Source: Vampirovibrio chlorellavorus (GTDB lineage: Bacteria > Cyanobacteriota > Vampirovibrionia > Vampirovibrionales > Vampirovibrionaceae). Taken from it: a stretch of DNA of 64,000 nucleotides. Position 1 is the first letter of the stretch; the number at the start of each line of letters is the position of its first letter. The stretch covers positions 36,084 to 100,083 of the forward strand of contig CAIPMU010000015.1 in the NCBI GenBank assembly GCA_903866275.1, in the 5' to 3' direction. Positions 30,980-40,119 of this stretch are shown here, in pieces. Position numbers and translations under genes: made by a program. Under the pieces are notes generated by a model. The model was given only the letters and a program-made list of their open reading frames with translations. It was not told the origin of the DNA and ran no database searches.

Positions 30980-33022
30980 ATGGTGTTGCTACTTTCATTG
31001 GCCGGAATCATTGTGCTGGGGCTGCTGCTGGCCTCCACGCGCTACATCCCCAACAACCGGGTGGGGATCATCGAAAAGTTTTACAGCCCAAAAGGCTCTG
31101 TCACCTCCGGGCTGATTGCGCTGCAAGGCGAAGCCGGATTTCAGCCACAAGTGCTGCGGGGCGGCTGGCACTTCCTGTTTGTGCTGCAATACTGGATTCA
31201 CATCATGCCCCTGGTCACTATTCCCCAGGGCAAAATCGGCTATGTGTTTGCCCGGGACGGCGCGCCGCTTTCTTCCACTCAAGTGTTGGCCGCCAACAGC
31301 ACTGCTCATGATTTTCAGGATGTCGCCGCCTTCCTCAAAAATGGCGGACAAAAAGGCCCGCAGCGTCTCATTTTGCGGGAAGGAACCTATGCGATCAATT
31401 TGGCGCAATTTGTGGTGATTACCGAAGACCGCCGCTATTACCTTTCGCTGGATCCCGGTGAAATGGAAATGTTTGAGCGCATGGCCCACCTGATTGCCGA
31501 GCGGGAAGGCTTCTCTCCGCTGGTGATTAAGGACGCCGATGACTTGGTGGGCGTCGCCACCGTCCACGATGGCCCGTCACTCCCACCGGAAGAAATTATT
31601 GCCCCGTCCGTGGGCGATGATCCCAATGAGCCCAGCACCTATCACAACAACTTTCAGGATCCCGATAAATTCCTGCTAGCCCATGGCAAGCGGGGTCGGC
31701 AACTGCATGTGCTGGTGGAAGGCACCTATTACATCAACCGCCTGTTTGCCACCGTGGAGATGATCCCCAAAACCACCATTGAAGTGGGCACGGTGGGTGT
31801 AGTGGTGTCCTATACCGGCGGTGTGGGCCTGGATTTAAGCGGCACCGATTACAACCATGGCGAAATGGTGGACAAAGGCTACCGGGGCGTGTGGAGTACC
31901 CCTTTATTGCCCGGTAAATACGCTTTTAATACGTATGCAGGCAAAGTCATCATCGTCCCCACCACCAACATCATCCTCAAATGGATTCGAAACGAAGCGG
32001 GCTTCCACAAATTCGATGAAAATTTAACCGAAGTCAGCCTCATCACCAAAGATGCCTTTGAGCCCACCTTGCCGCTGTCGGTGGTGATTCACATCGATTA
32101 CCGCAAAGCCCCGCTGGTGATTCAACGCTTTGGGGACATTAAACGTCTGGTAGAACAAACCCTGGATCCGATGGTCGCAGCCTATTTTAAAAACATCGGG
32201 CAGACCCGCACCCTGATTGAGTTGATTCAGGATCGCAGCGTGATCCAGCAGCAGTCCTCAGTGGATATGAAAGCCCGCTTTGGCCACTACAACATTGAGC
32301 TGGAAGAGGTGCTAATCGGCACACCCGGCTCTCCCGAAGGCGATCATCAAATTGAAATCATCCTCAACCAGTTACGCTCGCGCCAAGTAGCCGAAGAGCA
32401 AGTAGAAACCTACAACCGCCAGCAAAAAGCCTCCATGAAAGAGCGGGAACTTCGGGAAGCCGAATCCCGCGCCAAACAGCAAACCATGCTGACGGAATCG
32501 GAAATCAGCATTAACGTGCAAAGCAACCAGGGGAAGGCCGATTTGGCCCGCGCCGAGCAGCAGGCCCTGCAAATCCGGACACTTTCTGAGGCCGAAGCGC
32601 AGAAGACGCGCATTCTGGCGGAAGGGGATGCCCACCGCATCAAGTCCATCGCGGACGCTGACGCCGAGCGGGCAGCCCGCGTGGGGATTGCCCAGGCCGT
32701 GGCCATTGAAGAACAGGTCGCTGCCTATGGTGGACCGCAGTACCAATTGGTGCAGCAGGTCATGGAGCGCTTTGCCCAAGCCATTGAGCTATCGAAGGTC
32801 GATGTGGTGCCCAAGATCTCAATGGGCGGGGCCAGCGGCAACATGCTGGAAAGTCTGATGGGCGTCCTGCTCTCGGAAAAGCTGACCAACCTGATGCCTA
32901 TTGCCGAACCGGGCGTCAAAACCGAAGAAGGGCAGCGCAACGAGGCCATGAAAAAACAGTTCAAGGATGACATCCTCAGCCGCCTGCAAAAGCCAGAACC
33001 GGATAATTCAGAGAACCAGTAA
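30980..33022 (+). CDS. Flotillin-like SPFH/Band-7 domain protein
   Basis: An N-terminal TM helix, then an SPFH-like region and a long E/A/Q/R-rich coiled-coil segment typical of flotillins (YqiK/FloA-like), about 680 aa. Confidence 0.8.
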   Translation: MVLLLSLAGIIVLGLLLASTRYIPNNRVGIIEKFYSPKGSVTSGLIALQGEAGFQPQVLRGGWHFLFVLQYWIHIMPLVTIPQGKIGYVFARDGAPLSSTQVLAANSTAHDFQDVAAFLKNGGQKGPQRLILREGTYAINLAQFVVITEDRRYYLSLDPGEMEMFERMAHLIAEREGFSPLVIKDADDLVGVATVHDGPSLPPEEIIAPSVGDDPNEPSTYHNNFQDPDKFLLAHGKRGRQLHVLVEGTYYINRLFATVEMIPKTTIEVGTVGVVVSYTGGVGLDLSGTDYNHGEMVDKGYRGVWSTPLLPGKYAFNTYAGKVIIVPTTNIILKWIRNEAGFHKFDENLTEVSLITKDAFEPTLPLSVVIHIDYRKAPLVIQRFGDIKRLVEQTLDPMVAAYFKNIGQTRTLIELIQDRSVIQQQSSVDMKARFGHYNIELEEVLIGTPGSPEGDHQIEIILNQLRSRQVAEEQVETYNRQQKASMKERELREAESRAKQQTMLTESEISINVQSNQGKADLARAEQQALQIRTLSEAEAQKTRILAEGDAHRIKSIADADAERAARVGIAQAVAIEEQVAAYGGPQYQLVQQVMERFAQAIELSKVDVVPKISMGGASGNMLESLMGVLLSEKLTNLMPIAEPGVKTEEGQRNEAMKKQFKDDILSRLQKPEPDNSENQ

Positions 33023-33072
33023 GCTCTCTAGCCAATACCCAACAGACACTAACTAACGCTATCAATTCAAAA

Positions 33073-33109
33073 AGCCCGTGGCCGAATGTGTTCGGGCCAC
33101 GGGCTTTTT
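33073..33109. terminator. Bidirectional intrinsic terminator
   Basis: AAAAAGCCCGTGGCC-gaatgtgtt-CGGGCCACGGGCTTTTT: a perfect 12-bp GC-rich stem flanked by an A-run and a T-run, between the convergent flotillin (+) and RND (-) genes. Confidence 0.8.
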
Positions 33110-33203
33110 AAAATCAACGCCATGGCCGGTCCAAACAATGCCTCAGCTCCCGACACCCACGCTCACCCATTCAAATTCAGCACTTTAAACCCAAGCGATT
33201 CGA

Positions 33204-36200
33204 TTAAACCGAGGTCTTCCGCGATTCCATCCAGCGATAAAGCACCGGCAATACCAGCAAGGTGAGTAAGGTAGACGTAAACAATCCGCCAATGACCACG
33301 GTCGCCAGCGGCTTTTGCACTTCCGCCCCGGAGCCTGAAGACATCGTCATGGGCAGGAAGCCCAGCATGGCCACCAGCGCGGTTAACAGCACCGGGCGCA
33401 GCCGGGTTTCACAACCATTGAGGATAGCGCTGTGCAAGCCCATGCCCTCGGCCCGCAAGCGGTTCATGGTTGAAATCAGCACCAGCCCGTTCAGAATGGC
33501 CACCCCAAACAGGGCGATAAAGCCAATGGCCGCTGGCACACTGAAGTACATGCCCCGCACCCACAAGGCCACCACTCCGCCAATCAGGGCAAAAGGCACG
33601 TTTAAAATCACCAGCAAGGCATGTCGGGGCTGAGCAAAGGTGGCCATCAGCAGCCCCAAGATAATCACAATCGACACGGGGACCACAACCATCAACTTGC
33701 GCATGGCCCGTTGCTGGTTCTCAAACTGGCCACCCCAATCGAGATAATAGCCCGGCGGCAGCGGCACCGCTTTGGCAATTTTTTGTTGCGCTTCCTGCAC
33801 GAAGGAACCAATATCGCGGCCTTTGACGTTCATTTGCACAATCATGCGCCGCTGACCCGATTCACGGTTCAGCATCTCCAGCCCTTCCCCATAAGACACC
33901 GTGGCCACCTGACCCAACGGCACCCGAGCCCCGGTGGGGGTTTCCAGTAGTAAGTTCTGAATGGCATCGGGATCCATGCTCGCCCCTTCGGGAAATTTCA
34001 CCCGCAGGGTAAAGCGTTTTTTCCCTTCCAGCACTTCAGAAACCGGCTTGCCCGCAATGGCCGTTTCAATCACGGTGCGCAAATCGGCGATGGTCAGGCC
34101 ACTGGCAGCCAGCTTCAGGCGGTTCGGTTGAATCAGGAGCTGCCCACTACCGAACAATTTTTCAATCTGCAAATCCGCCTGACCGGGGATGGTGCGCAGC
34201 ACCTGCTCAATGGCCTGCGCCTTTTGCGAAAGCAAATTAATATCTTCGCCAAAAATCTTCAGGGCCACATCCGCCCGTACCCCCGACACCAGCTCATTCA
34301 CGCGCATGGCAATCGGCTGGGTAAAGTTGAAGGTTTCACCCAGAACATTGCGCTGCAAGATGCCTCGCATTTGCTCAATCAGGGCTTGCTTGGTCAGCCC
34401 GGCGCGCCAGGCAGATTTCGGCTTCAACATCACATACACGTCCGTTTGATAGACACCCATCGGATCCGTGGCCAAATCCGGGCGACCCGTTTTGGAGACA
34501 ATCGTGCGCACTTCGGGAAGCGTCACCAGCAGTTGCTCAATATGCGTGGAATTTTGCGTGGCCTGAGTCAGCGAAATACTGGGGAGATTCCGGGTCTCAA
34601 TCACAATATCCCCTTCATCCAGGGCAGGGACAAATTCGGAACCCAAAAAGGGCATACTGGCTAAGGCCAACAAAAACGCGGCACTCGCCACCAGCACCGT
34701 CAGTTTAGGCTGATGCAGGGCTTTTTCGAGCAGCCGCACATACGGCCCGCGAATGGCTTCCACTAAGCGATTCTCTTTTTCCTCCACCTTGCCCCGCAGA
34801 ATAAAACTGCACAGCACCGGCACCAAGGTGAGCGCCACCAACAAGGAGCCTAACAAAGCAAAGCTCACCGTAAACACCATGGGCGAAAACATCTTATATT
34901 CCATGCCTTCTAAGGCCAGAATAGGCATGTACACCACGCTGATAATCAGCACCCCAAAGAAAATGGGCCGGGCCATTTCTCGCACCGATTGCTGAATGAT
35001 CGCCAGATTGCTCAGATGCGCGGTATCGGCCTTGCGATGAGACAGCTTCCGCAGAATATCTTCCACCATCACAATGGAACCATCCACGATCATGCCAAAA
35101 TCAACGGCCCCCAAACTCATGATATTGGCCGTAATCCCTAGCTCTTTCATGCCCATAAAGGAAAACATCATGGAAAGCGGAATGGTGAGGGCCACAATGA
35201 GCGCCGCCCACAGATTGCCCAGCATGAACAACAGCACCGCAATGACCAGCACGCCGCCTTCAATCAGGTTGGTCTTTACCGTGTGAATGGTGTGCTCCAC
35301 CAGCTTGGTCTGATCGTAAAAAGGGTGAATATGCACCCCTTCCGGTAAATTTTTGCGAATTTGCGCGATCTTTTCCTTCACCCGCCCAATCACATCCCGG
35401 CTATTTTCGCCTTTCAGCATCATCACTAAGCCCGTGACCACTTCACCCTGACCGTCCTTGGTAATGGCGCCCTGTCGAAAACCATTGCCGTAAGTCACAG
35501 TGGCCACGTTTTTAATGGCAATAGACGCGGCACCCTCTTTTCTGATCAGGCTGTTACCAATATCGGCCAGACTGTTCACCCGGCCCAAGCCTCGAACCAC
35601 ATATTGTTCTGCCCCGTGGGTGATAATACCCCCGCTGAAGTTGCTGTTGTTATTCTCCAATGCTGCAAAGACATCCTGCAGGCTCAGATTAAACTGCAAC
35701 AGTTTCTCTGGCGACACAATCACCTGATACTCCTGCGTAAAGCCGCCCCAAGTGTTCACTTCATTCACCCCGGCCACGCTCCGCAATTGAGGCTTGATTT
35801 CCCAATCCTGCAAGGTTTTCAGTTCCGTAGGGGTGTAACCATAACCTTCCACCACGTACTGATACACTTCCCCCATGCCCGTCGTAATCGGCCCCATTTC
35901 GGGTTCGGAATCCACCGGCAGTCGGCTGCGGGCACTTTGCAAGCGTTCATTCACCAATTGTCGGGCAAAGTAAATATTGACTCCGTCCTGAAACACCACC
36001 GTGACCACCGACAGCCCAAACTTGGACATCGAGCGCACCTGTTGCACCTTGGGCAACCCGTTCATCATGGTTTCAATGGGAATGGTAATCGCTTGCTCGG
36101 CTTCCAGCGGGGGCATGCCGGGCGCTTCGGTGAGAATTTGCACCTGGGTATTCGTCAAATCAGGGAACGCATCAATGGGAACTTGCTGGAACGCCATCAG

Positions 36201-36278
36201 CCCACCCAACACCGCAAAGGCAAACAGCACGCAAACCAGCAAGCGCTTGGTCACCAGATTGGACAAAAACCGCTCCAT
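33204..36278 (-). CDS. czcA: Heavy-metal efflux RND transporter, CzcA/CusA family
   Basis: 1024 aa, 12 TM helices. The N-terminus matches the CzcA pattern. The TM4 motif DFGMIVDGSIVMVED is consistent with divalent-cation HME-RND. Confidence 0.9.
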   Translation of the reverse strand: MERFLSNLVTKRLLVCVLFAFAVLGGLMAFQQVPIDAFPDLTNTQVQILTEAPGMPPLEAEQAITIPIETMMNGLPKVQQVRSMSKFGLSVVTVVFQDGVNIYFARQLVNERLQSARSRLPVDSEPEMGPITTGMGEVYQYVVEGYGYTPTELKTLQDWEIKPQLRSVAGVNEVNTWGGFTQEYQVIVSPEKLLQFNLSLQDVFAALENNNSNFSGGIITHGAEQYVVRGLGRVNSLADIGNSLIRKEGAASIAIKNVATVTYGNGFRQGAITKDGQGEVVTGLVMMLKGENSRDVIGRVKEKIAQIRKNLPEGVHIHPFYDQTKLVEHTIHTVKTNLIEGGVLVIAVLLFMLGNLWAALIVALTIPLSMMFSFMGMKELGITANIMSLGAVDFGMIVDGSIVMVEDILRKLSHRKADTAHLSNLAIIQQSVREMARPIFFGVLIISVVYMPILALEGMEYKMFSPMVFTVSFALLGSLLVALTLVPVLCSFILRGKVEEKENRLVEAIRGPYVRLLEKALHQPKLTVLVASAAFLLALASMPFLGSEFVPALDEGDIVIETRNLPSISLTQATQNSTHIEQLLVTLPEVRTIVSKTGRPDLATDPMGVYQTDVYVMLKPKSAWRAGLTKQALIEQMRGILQRNVLGETFNFTQPIAMRVNELVSGVRADVALKIFGEDINLLSQKAQAIEQVLRTIPGQADLQIEKLFGSGQLLIQPNRLKLAASGLTIADLRTVIETAIAGKPVSEVLEGKKRFTLRVKFPEGASMDPDAIQNLLLETPTGARVPLGQVATVSYGEGLEMLNRESGQRRMIVQMNVKGRDIGSFVQEAQQKIAKAVPLPPGYYLDWGGQFENQQRAMRKLMVVVPVSIVIILGLLMATFAQPRHALLVILNVPFALIGGVVALWVRGMYFSVPAAIGFIALFGVAILNGLVLISTMNRLRAEGMGLHSAILNGCETRLRPVLLTALVAMLGFLPMTMSSGSGAEVQKPLATVVIGGLFTSTLLTLLVLPVLYRWMESRKTSV

Positions 36279-37558
36279 CAGTCGGCCTCTTCAGATAGCG
36301 ACTTGAGCAATTCCGCCTTCAGAAAAAAGCTGCCCTGACTAACCACCCGCAGCCCCGGCTGCAAGCCTTCCTGAATAATAAAGCCATCCTGCACCGGCTC
36401 ACCCAGACGAACCGTTTGCTTGCGAAACCGGTTGCCGGACTCGGGAATAAACACAAAGGTTTCCCGGCCATACCGCTGAACGGCACTCTGGGGTACCACC
36501 ACTTCCTGTCGGGACAAATAACGGGCAATCCGCACTTGCCCAAAAATCCCCGGCCTTAAAACCCCGCCGGGATTTTGCAAATAGGCCCGGGCAATGTAGG
36601 TCTGACTGGACTCCTGCAGCGTGGGTTGAATATAGTCAATCCGCCCGACAAACTGCTTGCCCGGCAAACTATCAGTGGTAAAGACCAGGGGCTGTCCGGG
36701 ATGTAACAGGGCAATATCCTTGGGGTAAACGGTCACATCCAGCCAGACTTTGGAGAGATCGGCCACCTCATAAATCACCGTATCCGGCGTAATCATATCT
36801 CCCTGAGTAATATTCTTCTGCAAGACAACCCCATTGCGAGGTGAAACAATCCGGGTGAAGGTGTTGATCCGTTCTGAGTGAGACGAATTGGGTTTTTCAC
36901 CATAAGCGCTCAGTAAAGCCTGCGCCTCACTTTTAATATGCGTCTCATGCTCCAGACTTCCCGCCAGTTGGGTTTTCGCTAACTCTTCAGCCGCCTGAGC
37001 CTCCTGATAGTCCTGCTTGGGAGAAATACCCTCCTGATACAACTGACGCTCACGAATCAGATTATTTTTTGCCAACCGATAGCGGGTTTTAGCCTGTGCA
37101 ATTTCAACTTCATTGCTGTGTAGTTCATGGATAAAATTTCCCTGAATTTTGGCCACATCCAGATTTTGCACCACCGCCAGCACCTGCCCGGCATGAACGG
37201 TATCCCCCAGAGAAACCCGATCCTGTTGAATTCGACCACTCACAAAAGAGTTGATGTGAAACACCGCGTTCTGATCGGCCCGAACCACCGCCGTGGACAG
37301 AAAGGGAATGCTGACCGTTTTTGCCTGAACCGTCACCACACTAAAAGCAGCGGCCTTAAAGGCCTCTGGCGATAACTGCACAACATTGGCTATCGGTTTC
37401 TCAACCACAGGTTCCTCAGCCAAAGGTCGACTTTGACAGGCCGATAACAAACACACCACACTAAAGGCAAAGAGGAGAGGGACTCCCTGCAACGCGGTTA
37501 ATCTCAATCGCGAACTCATGAGTCCTGCTCCTAACACATCTTTATAAACGCGACTCAA
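36278..37558 (-). CDS. RND efflux periplasmic adaptor (membrane fusion protein, CzcB-like)
   Basis: N-terminal signal/lipobox-like LLSACQ, beta-barrel/lipoyl-like segments, and a stop overlapping the czcA-like start. No outer-membrane factor gene is adjacent. Confidence 0.8.
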   Translation of the reverse strand: MSRVYKDVLGAGLMSSRLRLTALQGVPLLFAFSVVCLLSACQSRPLAEEPVVEKPIANVVQLSPEAFKAAAFSVVTVQAKTVSIPFLSTAVVRADQNAVFHINSFVSGRIQQDRVSLGDTVHAGQVLAVVQNLDVAKIQGNFIHELHSNEVEIAQAKTRYRLAKNNLIRERQLYQEGISPKQDYQEAQAAEELAKTQLAGSLEHETHIKSEAQALLSAYGEKPNSSHSERINTFTRIVSPRNGVVLQKNITQGDMITPDTVIYEVADLSKVWLDVTVYPKDIALLHPGQPLVFTTDSLPGKQFVGRIDYIQPTLQESSQTYIARAYLQNPGGVLRPGIFGQVRIARYLSRQEVVVPQSAVQRYGRETFVFIPESGNRFRKQTVRLGEPVQDGFIIQEGLQPGLRVVSQGSFFLKAELLKSLSEEAD

Positions 37559-37693
37559 ATCACAAAATCCCGGGCAACCTGCAACTTGCGGGACTCTGCC
37601 TTTTACAATGACAGCTTACAGCTACAGCCAAGAAAGCGACTCTGAAAATCTTACTACAAAATAAGAGCTTCCCAAATCGGTGAGGAGAGACTC

Positions 37694-38908
37694 CTAAACG
37701 GTGACGGGCTCAACAACCCACAATTCTTGTGCAACCATGCCTGGCTGCATCAAGGAGATATAAGGCAAACAGCCAAACACGGATTCATAACGCTCGCTCA
37801 CCTCTGCCTCAAAGGCTCCCAATACCGATGGATACACCCAGTGCAATGTGCAGCCTTCAAAATCACCACCCGTCAAAACCCTGGATCCAACCACCCCAGG
37901 AAGCGTTCCAGCCAGCTTGGCCAGGGTGTCCCACTCCAGGCAAGTGAACTCAAAGTCCTGCTGCCAGGATAGCAAGGAGGATTGCCATAGGGCTTCCACC
38001 ATTTTGGCATTCCCGGATCTCAAGGCTTCGGCCATCGGTTGAACACGGGCATTTTCACTGACACAATGCCGCATCCGCTTCAGGATAATCTCATCTTCCA
38101 GCCCGCACTGACCGACCTGTAGCAAACGACTGTCGACATCATCCCAACACTGCCAGTCGGGTTGCACCAAATGCAATAAATCCAACCCATAGCCCGCTTC
38201 CAGCTTTCGCTGCGGCGCCAAAGTACTAATCAATCCCGGCTGCACTCGACTATCGCACAACACCAGCGCCAAATCGGACAGGCCCAAGGCTACCGGCAAG
38301 AGCGTCCCGGTCAATTGATTTTTCAGCCAGGCCTGCCCACCCAGTGCCGACCCAGAGCATCCAGTCACATTGGCACCAGCCAATTCATAGAACGTCAAGG
38401 ACAAAGCCTCTGCCAGTGCGGTCATATCCTGCCATTCAATACCGGGCGGCAAATTGGAAGCAATCACAATATCGGCACCGGAAAAATTGACCTGTCTCAT
38501 CTCCAAATCATGAACCACCCGCAACAGAATTCCCAACCAGTGATCGGCAGGAATCGCCTGCGGATCATCCAGATCCAGAGTCTCCAGCCCCCCTTCCATC
38601 AAGAGGCGAACCTGAATGCGACGGTCATGCCTTGGCACGGCAGCCACCACCACCCCCCGATCCACCGGCATGGACAACGACCAGCCGCCCACATCCAGCG
38701 TCGTAGAGCCCATCAAATCCACCCATCCCGGTGCAAAGAAAAATCGGGGAGTCGCAAGATAGCTGACTTCAAACAACTCTTTCAGGGCCAGTAAATCCAG
38801 ACCATTCAGGCCATTGACACCGGTTGGCGCATGTTGCGTCACACGATTTTGCTCCGCCATCACTGGAAACTCCCAATCACTAATCCCTGACTCACCCAGA
38901 ACAACCAT
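37694..38908 (-). CDS. GHMP-kinase fold, galactokinase-like protein with degenerate catalytic motifs (probable pseudo-kinase)
   Basis: Colinear with GalK. The signature APGRVNLIGEHTDY appears as APGWVDLMGSTTLD, and the phosphate-binding loop PxGAGLSSSAS is replaced by PPGIEWQDMTA. The C-terminal GHMP block is retained (SRVLTGGDFEGCTL). Confidence 0.55.
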   Translation of the reverse strand: MVVLGESGISDWEFPVMAEQNRVTQHAPTGVNGLNGLDLLALKELFEVSYLATPRFFFAPGWVDLMGSTTLDVGGWSLSMPVDRGVVVAAVPRHDRRIQVRLLMEGGLETLDLDDPQAIPADHWLGILLRVVHDLEMRQVNFSGADIVIASNLPPGIEWQDMTALAEALSLTFYELAGANVTGCSGSALGGQAWLKNQLTGTLLPVALGLSDLALVLCDSRVQPGLISTLAPQRKLEAGYGLDLLHLVQPDWQCWDDVDSRLLQVGQCGLEDEIILKRMRHCVSENARVQPMAEALRSGNAKMVEALWQSSLLSWQQDFEFTCLEWDTLAKLAGTLPGVVGSRVLTGGDFEGCTLHWVYPSVLGAFEAEVSERYESVFGCLPYISLMQPGMVAQELWVVEPVTV

Positions 38909-38979
38909 AGCGCAGGATTTTCCCGCAAGGAACTAACCAGTAGATGAAACTCAACCCTGAATCAAACTGCCCAAACGGA

Positions 38980-40008
38980 TTAGATCTGTCTGGGAGAGCC
39001 CGTGGCTGAAGCGGTTTTGCTCGATGGGTATCGTGCACCCTGCTCCCATCGCCAGGCACTCTGGACAATCTGGGGCAAATCATAAGCGGTTTTCCAGCCC
39101 AACAGTCGCTCAGCCTTGTCCGCGTTGGCCACCAGCACTGGCGGATCACCGGGACGACGGGGCGCAAACGCCCGAGGAATGGTCAAACCGGTCACCTGCT
39201 CACAGACATCGATCACCTCCAGCACCGATGATCCTGTGGTGGTGCCCAGATTAAAAACCTCCCCGCCCGGATGCTGACGCAAATAATCGATCGCTGAAAT
39301 ATGGGCGCGCGCCAAATCATTGACATGAATATAATCCCGAATGCAGGTACCATCCGGCGTATCATAATCATTACCATAGATCTGAATCGCGTTTCGCTTG
39401 CCCTGAGCCGCCTGTAAAACCAACGGAATCAAATGGGTTTCAGGTTCATGCAACTCGCCGATCAGTCCGCTTTCATCCGCCCCGGAGGCGTTAAAATAAC
39501 GCAAGGCCACATAGGACCAGCCTTGGGCAATGCTATACGCACGCAGGGCCTGCTCGGTCATCAGCTTGGTACTGCCATACACGTTAATGGGCAATTGGGG
39601 ATGAACCTCATCCATGGGCAGATACTGAGGATTACCATAAGTGGCACAGGTCGAGGAAAACACCACTTCACGCACATCGCAACGCGCCATCGCCTCAAAC
39701 AAATTTAACGTGTGTACGCAGTTATTCTGAAAATATTTGGCCGGATTCTGCTGGGATTCTCCCACATAACAACTGGCAGCAAAATGAACCACCGTCCGCA
39801 CAGAATAATGCTTTAGCAAGGCCACCATGGCCTCAATATTCCCCATATTGGCCTGTTCCACATGAATGCGGGACGAATAGGAAACCGCTTCTCGATGCCC
39901 CTCCGAAAAATCATCCACCGTCACCACAGTCTCGTTTGGATATGCATCCAGGTATTTTTTAATAAAATGACTACCAATATAACCCGCGCCACCCGTGACC
40001 AGAATCAT
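38980..40008 (-). CDS. galE: UDP-glucose 4-epimerase
   Basis: ILVTGGAGYIGSH Rossmann motif, catalytic YGSTK, and high overall similarity to GalE throughout. Confidence 0.85.
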   Translation of the reverse strand: MILVTGGAGYIGSHFIKKYLDAYPNETVVTVDDFSEGHREAVSYSSRIHVEQANMGNIEAMVALLKHYSVRTVVHFAASCYVGESQQNPAKYFQNNCVHTLNLFEAMARCDVREVVFSSTCATYGNPQYLPMDEVHPQLPINVYGSTKLMTEQALRAYSIAQGWSYVALRYFNASGADESGLIGELHEPETHLIPLVLQAAQGKRNAIQIYGNDYDTPDGTCIRDYIHVNDLARAHISAIDYLRQHPGGEVFNLGTTTGSSVLEVIDVCEQVTGLTIPRAFAPRRPGDPPVLVANADKAERLLGWKTAYDLPQIVQSAWRWEQGARYPSSKTASATGSPRQI

Positions 40009-40119
40009 CGCAACCCAAGCCTCCACACCCATAGACAACCCTTATCATAGCACATGCCAGAGCATCAAAAGCCAGCCCAATCGAGCTAACCCAACCGACT
40101 GATTCACAGATTCAGACGT

